Notes under the pieces: generated by a model
Told to the model about the DNA's origin: nothing
The model's input: the letters and a program-made list of their open reading frames with translations, nothing else
Database searches by the model: none
Shown: positions 22,512-32,530 of the stretch, piece by piece
How positions within the stretch are numbered: position 1 is the stretch's first letter
Layout: each line of letters starts with the position of its first letter
Program-made: the position numbers and the translations under genes
NCBI GenBank assembly: GCA_002104945.1
Contig: MCFH01000083.1
Span: 104,387 to 168,386 of the forward strand
Source: Piromyces finnis finn
Lineage: Eukaryota; Fungi; Neocallimastigomycota
DNA length: 64,000 bases
Direction of reading: 5' to 3'

Positions 22512-24010
22512 ATTACTAAACAATTTAAAATTTAAATCTTTTACGAATTTATTTAACGGCGCTTTTTTATTTTCCAACGCGTAATATTTAATAAAGCGGT
22601 ACATTGAGTATGGGAAAGTATCAATGCGATTATTATAATGTTCCTTTGTATCATAAAGGAAAGCTCTTGCCATGGTCAAATAAGTATAAAATTTGGTATT
22701 ATTGTAAGCTGACTTATTTTCTGCTTCATTATCAATAACAGGATGGAGCGAGTCAGGAGTAAGATAACTATCTATTATTTTGTTAATTACAGTTACTATT
22801 TCGTCCTTGGATTCCTTTCGATGAGAAATGATGCTTTCAAATGTATCTTCGGGAAATGCATCCGGAATAATAATGTCAATATTTTTTGGTAGATTCTTTC
22901 CAATAACTGTAGAAATGATAATATTCTTTATTTCAGTCAATGATAATTCCGGTTTTAAATAGTGAAGAATATACAATAAAGAAATATTTTGTTTTTGATG
23001 AGATTTAATTCCTTTCACACGAAGATATTGGAAAAATAAAGAAAAGTAAACTCTTATATCTAGGTAAATATGTCTTTTAACTTCAGAAAGTTTTTTTTGA
23101 CGATCTTCATTTGAAAAGGTGTAATATATATCAAAATTTGTATGTACATTCTTGATTTGAAGGTTTCGATCATTTTCAGCAAGCACTCTTTTTAAATACT
23201 TGATATAATTATAATCGGTAAACATTTCCAACGATTGGAATTTCCCATACTGATTACATTCTTTGTATTCTATACAATCATCTTTATAAATAAAACAGGG
23301 TGTACAAAATATTTCCTGTGATATAATAACTTTCTCAACACCATCCACTATAAATACGCCATCAATAGGTGCAGGTATTTTTATTTCATAAGGTTCTTGA
23401 ATCAACGACACATAATAATAATCTTTTTTAACCATTAATTGATCATAATTGACATTCGGTATGGAAATGGTCAAATGATTTAATTCCGGAATAGTTTTTT
23501 CCAAAAATTCTTTTATATCATAGATTTTTTTTACGAATAATTTATCAATATTTGCAAATACATTGTATTTATCGATAAATTTTGTTAAATAATCAGTGGT
23601 AGTAGTAGTAGTTGAAGTAGTTGTTGTACTCATGTTGTGAGACAATTTCTTTGTAAAATATTTATAAATTGTTACTTTACATATGTAATCATTTTAAAAA
23701 ATAAATTTTATTTGAATTGCTGTTATATTATTTATATATAATTTAATTGTATAATAATATTGATAATAATAAATTTTAATAATTATATTAATTTTAAATA
23801 TAAATATTTCAAAATTATTTATTTCTACATTTCTACATTTTATTTAACTATTCAAAAAGTACAAAGTTTCTTGAGCTATTGACATAATTTAAAAAATTTT
23901 TTATATACTATAAAATTATTTAATATATTTTAAAGTAATTTTTATATATATATTTAATTAATATGTACATTTATTTTAAATTTTAATTGTTTTAGTATTT
24001 AATTGAAAAA

Positions 24011-26809
24011 ATGGATATTCCTACAAATAACTGTATATGTTTAAAAAAACAGCAATCTTTAAAAGAAATATTAAATAATATATATAATCAAATCGAGATT
24101 ATAAAGCAACATCCTAATTTTAATTCTAAAAATGTGACCTTTGAATTAGAATTTAGACTTCAGAATAAATATACAAATATAGATGTGGAAGAATTCGTAA
24201 AGTATAACTCACATCAATATTTCGAATATTTATTGAAGGAAAACCAATCTACTAAATATAGAATAATTTGCAATTCTCAATACATTTCTAACAGTACCGA
24301 AAGCCAAGCCAGTAAAGATATTCATGATAATAACGATATTAATAAAATCAACTATGACAGCATCAATAATAATAACGTTAAAGACGACAATATTCATAAC
24401 AATAATAATAATAATAATAATAATAGTAATAATAATAGTAATAATAATAGTAATAATAATAGTAATAATAATAGTAATGAGATTACAAATAACATCAAAA
24501 CTAATAATAATAATGATAATTTAAATGGATATAAGGAACATGACAACTCAAGTTCAAAGTTAATTAAATATATTATATCCAATAGTGAAAAAGAAATTAG
24601 TATTGACTTTGACCAACACGTAGAGTATACAAAAAAAATAGCACTAATAACAGCTTACTATTTTGTATTTAAAATAGCACTTAATATTGAAACATCTTTA
24701 AATACTGAAAATCTTTTAAATTATTTAAAGATTGATAACGATATTACTGATAATGATAATGATAATGATACTAATAATGGTGATATTGATAATTATGATA
24801 ATAATGATAATAATAAAAACAATGAAAATATTAATATTGCTACAACTACTACTACTACTAATAATAATAATAATAATATTAACATTAATGTTAATAATGG
24901 TTTTAATAAATTAAATAAAATTTTTATTAAAGAGTCAAAAGAAATTACTATTATAAATTTTACTGAGCCAGTTCTGAAAAAAAGACGGTCTTTTATAATG
25001 AATCAAGATGTTCAAGTAGATGTTACCCACTACAATGAAATTAGTCAATTTGAAATAGATTTCACAAAAAATATTTATCATGACCAATTAGATATGGTCA
25101 AAATGGTTCATGATGTTATGCAAATTATTGATATATCCGGTTTCATTATAGATTATTTATTTATGCTCTTACCCAATTTCGAATTTCAAAAACCGATTAC
25201 ACCATCTCTGGACATACTATTCAAAAATGCTGAAACATTGATAAAAGATTCTTTCTTCGTATCAGCAAAAACCGATGGTATCAGAAAATTAATAATTGTT
25301 ATTAATAATCAAATTTATAGTATAACTGAAAATTTTTCAGTAGAATTTATAAGAGAAATTGAAGGTAATTACCATCTAATATTAGATTGTGAATTTATTA
25401 ATAATACTTTTATTCCTTTTGATGTTTTATACAGTGAATCCGATTTAAGAAGTTACTCTTACAAAGAAAGAATAAACATTCTTAATTGTTTAGATTACCT
25501 TAAATTTGAAAAAATTATAGTTAAAAAGGTTATAAAATGCTGTAAAGATTTTCAAGATATTCAAACATTTATATCATCGGCGGAATTAGAAAATACCACA
25601 CCAAACGATGGTATTGTCATAACCAGCGGAGCATCAACCTATTTTGAAAATACTAAAGTTTATAAAATTAAAACTATTAACACAGTAGATATCGAGTTTA
25701 ATGGACGCTATTTTTTAGCTAGGGAGCATAGAGTGAATAAATCTCTTTTAAATTTATCAGTAGAAAAATATAAAAATATATGTAAATTGTATAATAAGTT
25801 TAAAGTACAAAATCGCAAAACTACAAACCCTACTGAAAAGTATTATTATAAAAAGAAAATAGAAATTATAGAAGGCGTACCATGCAACAAAAAAGTAGTT
25901 AAATATCATCGTATTAAAAATAAAAAAATAAATTTTATAATAGAGTATGATTTAGATAATAAAAAATTTGTAAAGGTTCGCAAAGATAAATTAGTATCAA
26001 ATAGCATAAATACATTTAATAGTATTTTATTGGCTTCCTATCAAAAAATCAATATTGATATTTTTTCACCTAAATCCAATGTTCTAATGCGTAAATACCA
26101 CAATATAATAAAGCAAAATATTTTAAATGATTTTAGAGGAACTTTATTAGATATCGGTACAGGCAATGGCGGTGATATACACAAGTGGAATCATTTCCGT
26201 AAGATCGTTTGTGTTGAACCAAACCATGAAAAATTAAAAAATTTAAATAAAAGAATTTCAAATTCAGAAATTAAAAATAGAATCAAAATTATCCCGAATA
26301 ATATTCAGGAAGCTACGTTAAATGATCATTTTGATATTGCCACATGTTTTTTTGCATTAAATGATATGACTTATACCGACATATCAAGAATGCTAAAAAA
26401 TATCAAAAATTGTATAAGAAAAACATTTATTGTATTATTTTTTGATTCTTCATTATTTAGTGAAAATATAACTTCACCATCACTAATTTATCGAAAATGT
26501 ATTATTAATGAAAATAATAAAATTATAAATACAATCGATAAATTATCATTAACCTATCTGTTAAGTTGCCTTAGATATACGCATGGTGAATGCGATAATA
26601 TAATGTATGTAAATATTGTCGATTCAAATGTAACGAATCACTATGAATGTGGTATTAGTTCCATAAAAGTAATTAATATATTTAAGGAAAATGGGTTTGA
26701 ATTAAAAAAGCAATATTCAATCGAAAATTTTCCATTACTAAATGAATATCAAAATAAATATTCTTCTTTTCTTAAAGTCATTGAATTTTCAAATACTAAT
26801 ATTCATTAA
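24011..26809 (+). CDS. Trifunctional mRNA capping enzyme (RNA triphosphatase, guanylyltransferase, N7-methyltransferase)
   Basis: CYTH-type ELEFRL; GTase motif I KTDG, III ILDCE, IIIa FDVL, IV DGIV, V KIK; SAM-binding LDIGTGNGGD; N-rich inserts. Confidence 0.95.
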   Translation: MDIPTNNCICLKKQQSLKEILNNIYNQIEIIKQHPNFNSKNVTFELEFRLQNKYTNIDVEEFVKYNSHQYFEYLLKENQSTKYRIICNSQYISNSTESQASKDIHDNNDINKINYDSINNNNVKDDNIHNNNNNNNNNSNNNSNNNSNNNSNNNSNEITNNIKTNNNNDNLNGYKEHDNSSSKLIKYIISNSEKEISIDFDQHVEYTKKIALITAYYFVFKIALNIETSLNTENLLNYLKIDNDITDNDNDNDTNNGDIDNYDNNDNNKNNENINIATTTTTTNNNNNNININVNNGFNKLNKIFIKESKEITIINFTEPVLKKRRSFIMNQDVQVDVTHYNEISQFEIDFTKNIYHDQLDMVKMVHDVMQIIDISGFIIDYLFMLLPNFEFQKPITPSLDILFKNAETLIKDSFFVSAKTDGIRKLIIVINNQIYSITENFSVEFIREIEGNYHLILDCEFINNTFIPFDVLYSESDLRSYSYKERINILNCLDYLKFEKIIVKKVIKCCKDFQDIQTFISSAELENTTPNDGIVITSGASTYFENTKVYKIKTINTVDIEFNGRYFLAREHRVNKSLLNLSVEKYKNICKLYNKFKVQNRKTTNPTEKYYYKKKIEIIEGVPCNKKVVKYHRIKNKKINFIIEYDLDNKKFVKVRKDKLVSNSINTFNSILLASYQKINIDIFSPKSNVLMRKYHNIIKQNILNDFRGTLLDIGTGNGGDIHKWNHFRKIVCVEPNHEKLKNLNKRISNSEIKNRIKIIPNNIQEATLNDHFDIATCFFALNDMTYTDISRMLKNIKNCIRKTFIVLFFDSSLFSENITSPSLIYRKCIINENNKIINTIDKLSLTYLLSCLRYTHGECDNIMYVNIVDSNVTNHYECGISSIKVINIFKENGFELKKQYSIENFPLLNEYQNKYSSFLKVIEFSNTNIH

Positions 26810-27288
26810 AAATAAAGAAAAACAATTAACGAAAATATAATAAAATATATAATAATTATTATTATGATCATTATTATTTCTTCATTTATAATATTTAAAA
26901 TTTTATTTCAATAAAAGGATTTATATAAAGATTTTTATTATTTAAAACATATATATATATAAATGAATCTTTAGAAATTATAATAAAATAAATTAAAAAG
27001 ATTATTAAATATATATATTATTATTTTTTAAAATTCAATTCTATTAACTATACCTATATATATTAAATAAATATATGTATGTATGATTTATTATCTTAAT
27101 GCATTAGTCTAAAATATATTATGATATAAATAAATAAATAAATAAAAATTATATATTAAATATGAATTTTAAAATTAAAAAATTTTAAATTGATTTTAGT
27201 ATATAAATATTATAAACATGTTAAAACCGTTTTTCTAATAAAAAAAAAATAAAATAATATATATTTTATTCAATTAATAAAAACACAA

Positions 27289-29451
27289 ATGTATCTAGAA
27301 TTTGATTTATATAGTAATGAACAAATAGAAAAACTTTCCATTCTAATTTCAAAAAAGTATGAATTAACTGATAATACCACGTCATATATATTAGATCCTC
27401 AATTACCATGTAAACAATGCAAAAAAGTTATTGAATGTCCTGGCCATTTAGGAAGGATTCCCATTTACCAATACATTGTCCACCCATTATTTGTAAATAT
27501 ATTATGTAAAGAACTTACTCATGTATGTCCTATTTGTAAAAAATATAATGTTGCTCTTGATGTTAAATCACGATGCTGTGAAACACGAATAAAAGGTACT
27601 TCATTTTCCTTGCACAAGTTTAATGTGAAAAATACCAATTCAAATCAAAGGGTAAATCAAATAAAAATAGTGAAAATAAATCTCAATCCGAATATGCATT
27701 TTTATTTGGAAATCAATGGTTCACCGTTGTTAGGATGTATGAATTAATTCATACCTTTGATTTCAGTGAAAACCCTGAACTGAAAAATAAAATGCTGAAA
27801 GTATTTCTCAAAAATATACCTGTTTTACCCATAAATATGAGACCTTCAATTATGGATTCCAACAATATCATGATTCATAATAATATAACATCCATGTATA
27901 TAAGACTGTTAGATTTAAACTATCAGTTTAAAAGCAACACCAACCTTATTTCGTATGGTGGATATGGATTAAAAGTATTCAATCTATATAAAAAAATTCT
28001 TGGAATCCATAGTTCCACCGATACTACCGAAAATTCCGATAAAAATTTCATTAAGCAAATATTATCTGGAAAAACAGGAATTTTTAGAAGTATGTGTTTA
28101 GCCAAAAGACAAAACTTTTGTCTTCGTAGCGTCATCGTGCCAAATATAAATATTCCCTTGGACAAAATATTGATACCAAAAGAATTTACAGATCAATTAA
28201 TTCCCCATGGATATAAGCCAAATGACTATGTAATTATTAATAGACAACCTACACTCCAAACTACTTCTATATTATCCGTTCGCTCCTTTCCTAGTAGCAG
28301 TCGAACCATCCAAATTAATCCTCTAATAGCCAGTGTTTTTCAGGCTGATTTTGACGGAGATGAAATGAATATTTTTTGGCTACCAGGAGAGGAATCTAAA
28401 AAGGAATTGGCTACTAAACTGAACATTTCAAATAATATCCGTTCATTTAAGGATGGATCACTCATGATTAAATTTATTCAAGATACCTTAACTGGCTTAT
28501 ACAATATGACAAAGGATCACAGTATTGTCGAACCCCATATTATCGAAAACATATGTAAACGATTAAAAATATCAAAAAAGGAATGGAATATATTTTGTAA
28601 ATATTATAAATCACGAATGAATACCGATAAAATACCATATAAGCACTTACTTTCATTGTTGATTCCAAAATCACTAACTTTAAAAATGGGTGATAAATAT
28701 TTAGTAGACCATGGTATTCTACTTCACACTATTAATGGTGCCAATCAAACTGTATTGTTAAATTTATTACTCACTATGGTAACGATTTTTACTTGAATTT
28801 ATGTGGGATGTACAACGTATGGTTCATGAATACAATTTATTTCACATTATAAGTATTTCCATTTCAGATTGTATACCAGACCCAAGCATTGAAAATGAAT
28901 TTACATCCATTTTGGAAAAAATTCCTGACACTTTATCGGCTATACAACTACCAAATTTAGATTCTTCTATTATCTCTCAAGACAAAGATAGTAAAGAAAT
29001 AAAAAAAATAAGAAAGTATTATTTAGAAAATTATCCATTATTAGAAAGTTTATCTAAATCGATTAGCAATAATCTAACCAATATTGTCAATAGTGGTTCG
29101 AAAGGGAAAATCGATAATGTCATTCAAATTTTAATGTCAGTAGGAGTTCAAGCCGTTTTGCAAAGTTGCTATATTAAGAGTTCCTATTCCGAAGGACTTA
29201 CAGCAAAGGAACTATTTATACATTCAAAATCAGGCCGTGCTGGAATTATTTCAACTTCTCTCAACACTTCTTCTACAGGCTACATGCAAAGAGAACTGGT
29301 CAAGAGTATGGAAGACCTTATTACCGATAAAGATGGTTTTGTACGTGATTATAATAATGATGAAATCTATTATTATCCTTTTTCTACAAACGTCCAAGAT
29401 ATAGATGATTCATTTTTGGAATATGCTTTTTCAATGTCGTTAAAAAATTAA
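27289..29451 (+). pseudogene. RNA polymerase largest subunit, N-terminal part (A'-like; Rpb1 regions A-F), broken by three 1-nt frameshifts (real lesions or read errors)
   Basis: CPGHLGRI, LSGKTGIFR..AKRQNFCLRSVI, NRQPTL, catalytic QADFDGDEMN, SGSKG, GYMQRELVKSMED. Adding one base in each of the runs 27628-32 (A5), 28758-59 (T2) and 28786-90 (T5) restores a single ~721-aa ORF. Confidence 0.9.
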
Positions 29452-30325
29452 TAAGTATTAAATATTTATATTTACATTTATATTTATAAAATTTATATTT
29501 ATTACATTTGAAAATTTATTTGGTTTTTATTTATAATTTATAGTAAATAGAAATACATGTATGTAGAACAATAAAATTATAGTTTATTATACTATTATTT
29601 AAATAGAATAATAACTTTTTTTTTATTTTATTTTTATGATGACCAATGAAATTAAATTTACTGTATATCTTTCCTTTAATAATACATAATTCACTCTTAT
29701 TAATTATTATTGTAAAACTAATAAAATTATTTAAAATTTAATAATATTTAAAAAAAATAAAAATAAAAATAATTATATAAATTTGTTAATTTGAATTTAT
29801 AATTGACACTTTGATAATTAAATCTAAATATCCTTAAAAACCTTTTATATAATGTAATATTTTTTAAAAAAACAATATTATTATATTATTATATTATTAT
29901 ATATATCTAAAAATTTTAAATAATTGAAATATTATATATTTAATATTTATTTTTTAAAATATAATATATTTCCAAAAGTATTTCCTATGAAAATACTATA
30001 AAGAAATAAAAAAAAGTATTTTTATTTCATTAAATTCATGAACCAATCATAAATAATAGCAACTTTTTTTTTACATTATTATATTAATGTCAAATGAAAA
30101 TAAATGACGATTAGTATTGAGATATCAAAAATATTTTAATTTTGGAAAAACCATTTTATAAAAACTTTCTCATATCCTTGATTTGTTTTATGAATAATTT
30201 ATTAAAATTAAAATAAAAAATTATATTTATTGATAGCTTTATCTTTATAATTTTGATTAATATTAAATATTAAAAAATTAATAAATAATAAAAGTTAAGA
30301 GTGAAAGTGGAAGAAAATAAAATTA

Positions 30326-30955
30326 GTGGTGACGCACATGTCTTGGGACGATTTCTTTATAAAAAATTCTAAATTAGTATTACATATATATAATCAGTTG
30401 AGAAATACTTATTTTACACCACCACTGGAAGATGTATTTGGAATCTTCAAGTATGTCAAGTTAAGTGATGTTAAAGTTGTAATGATAGGTGATATGCCGT
30501 ATAAAAATACTCGAGATATTTCAGACATAGCTTTTGGATCTAAAAACTGTAATCCACCATTATTATTGGAACGTATTTACAAAAATTTAGAAGATACAGT
30601 AGCTACTTTTCAGCGACCATACAATCATCACTTAGATAAATGGCTAAATAATGGAATATTTTTATGTAATTTTTGCTTTACACGAACTATTGCTGATCCT
30701 TTACCATATCATTATCATTTGTTGTGGGAACCATTTATTAATAATCTAGTACAGTATATTTCAAATGACCACCCTGTTGTTTTTATGCTATTTGGTACAA
30801 AAGCCATTTCAGTTCGAAAGTCTATTAACGAAATTAAGTCATCGGTTGTAGAAGTTCCGCATCCTATTTATGAATATAATGAATTTAAAAAATCAAAATG
30901 TTTTTGCAAAGCTCGTGAACTTTCTTGTGAGTTGGGTTTTACTATTCAATGGTAA
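30326..30955 (+). CDS. ung: Uracil-DNA glycosylase family 1 homolog with divergent catalytic motifs; first ATG at 30338
   Basis: VKVVMIGDMPY (cf. GQDPY), IAFGS, PPLLLERIYKNL, LDKWLNNGIFLCN, VFMLFG, HP, IQW terminus. Confidence 0.9.
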   Translation: MVTHMSWDDFFIKNSKLVLHIYNQLRNTYFTPPLEDVFGIFKYVKLSDVKVVMIGDMPYKNTRDISDIAFGSKNCNPPLLLERIYKNLEDTVATFQRPYNHHLDKWLNNGIFLCNFCFTRTIADPLPYHYHLLWEPFINNLVQYISNDHPVVFMLFGTKAISVRKSINEIKSSVVEVPHPIYEYNEFKKSKCFCKARELSCELGFTIQW

Positions 30956-31436
30956 AATATATATTTATGTTAATAATTTTAAAATGTCATTAATTTAAAA
31001 AAATATAATACTGCTAATCAGATAATATTTTGATGTATTTAATCTTACAATTACCTTTTTTTTATTTTAAATTAAAATAAATATTTTATTTTTTTACAAA
31101 TATCCCAAAAATTAAAAATTAATCTCTTTCTTTACCTTTTTTTTTTAAATATTCATTATATAATTACTAATAAAATATGTAAAAAGAGTCTTATACATTC
31201 TGAAAATAGTAATACACAAAGTCTTTATGATATTTTAATTTATTTATTAATTTTATGAATTTATTAAAATAATTTTATATATAAATTGATTATTAATTTT
31301 TTAAAATATATATATAAAAAAAAATAAATATTCATATTTTAATAAATTAATATAGTAATAGTATGTATATATGTTATTACTAAAAAATATTATACTATAA
31401 TAATTAGTTTTTATTTAAATTAATTTTGAATTAATT

Positions 31437-32090
31437 TTGAAAATGGTATTAATTAAATGTACTTTATTTTTATTAACAATTATTACTTTGGTATATTCTA
31501 ATAATTTATTTAATTCTGATGTTTTTAATAAATTAAAAAATGAATTAGATAATTCTGATGTTTTCAATAAATTAGAAAATGAATTAGATAATTCTGATGT
31601 TTTTAATAAATTAGAAAATGAATTAGATAATTCTGATGTTTTCAATAAATTAGAAAATGAATTAGATAATTCTGATGTTTTTAATAGATTAGAAAATGAA
31701 TTAGATAATTCAAACTTTAAATCCAAAACATATAAATCTAATTTAACTAATACAAAAAGAACTACTACAACTAGAATTTTAACTACAAAATTTATAACTT
31801 CTGAAAAGACTTCCTCAAAAAGTAGTAGTAGTGTATTTACTTATACTAATAATTTTACTGTTCCTGATAGAACTTATATTGTTGGTACTAAAACCTATTA
31901 TGCTAAAACAGTCTCAACTTCAAAAAATCCTCAAATTCCAACTATATTTTCTAATAGCAATTGTGGAAGTAAACAAGACGGTATCTATATATGCAAAAAC
32001 AATCAATGCTGTAGTATGTACGGTTATTGTGGTACAAGCAGTAAGTACTGTGGTACAGGATGTAAACCAAATTATGGAAAGTGTTGGTAA
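31437..32090 (+). CDS. Secreted chitin-binding protein: signal peptide, 5 x 13-aa repeat, S/T linker, CBM18; ATG at 31443
   Basis: Hydrophobic N-terminus; C-terminal CGS...C..NQCCSMYGYCGTSSKYCGTGCKPNYGKC hevein/CBM18 pattern. Confidence 0.9.
   Translation: MKMVLIKCTLFLLTIITLVYSNNLFNSDVFNKLKNELDNSDVFNKLENELDNSDVFNKLENELDNSDVFNKLENELDNSDVFNRLENELDNSNFKSKTYKSNLTNTKRTTTTRILTTKFITSEKTSSKSSSSVFTYTNNFTVPDRTYIVGTKTYYAKTVSTSKNPQIPTIFSNSNCGSKQDGIYICKNNQCCSMYGYCGTSSKYCGTGCKPNYGKCW
31512..31706 (+). repeat. 39-bp coding tandem repeat x5 (NSDVFNKLENELD)
   Basis: Five near-identical in-frame units. Confidence 0.95.
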
Positions 32091-32530
32091 TATAATTATA
32101 AATATTACAAAAAAAAAGTTTTTTAAAAAGATCTTATTTAACAAATTATTATTATATTTTTTTAAAAAAAAAAATTAAAACACATAATTTTCAATTATTA
32201 TTAAAGTACTTTATAATATATAAATTTACTTTATCACTTAAAAAATATTTTATAATATCAAAATTAATATTTTAATTATAAATATAAATACTATTTTTTT
32301 TTTAAAAAAAAAAAAAGCAAATGTTTTAAAAAAAATATTAATATATATTATATTATTAATATTTCTTTTATTTTATTTGACATATCATTCTACTTTTATT
32401 ATTATTATTTATTATTTTTTTTAATATTTTAAATATATAATATTATATAATATTAAAAATTGAAAATAATTAATATTTAATTATATATTATTATATATTA
32501 TTATTTATTATTACTGCTATTATTAATTTT

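Larger units (their letters stand above)
19785..23633 (-). pseudogene. RNA polymerase second-largest subunit (Rpb2-like), interrupted by a 523-bp insertion; restored ORF ~1106 aa
   Basis: LSHLRR, CPFETPE, GDKFASRYAQKG, PDIIVNPHAFPSRMT, GGLRIGEME. Removing 21989..22511 plus one TSD joins ORF 22476..23645 to ORF 19785..21896 in frame (..KLFSNVKTGIVRS..QTLSKRSYYDKLSHLRR). Confidence 0.93.

Noticed and set aside
5805-29451. Host nuclear Pol delta and RNA polymerase II genes
   Set aside because: Intronless, strongly divergent, no CTD heptads, and clustered with D5, VETF and a trifunctional capping enzyme, which fungi do not encode as host genes.
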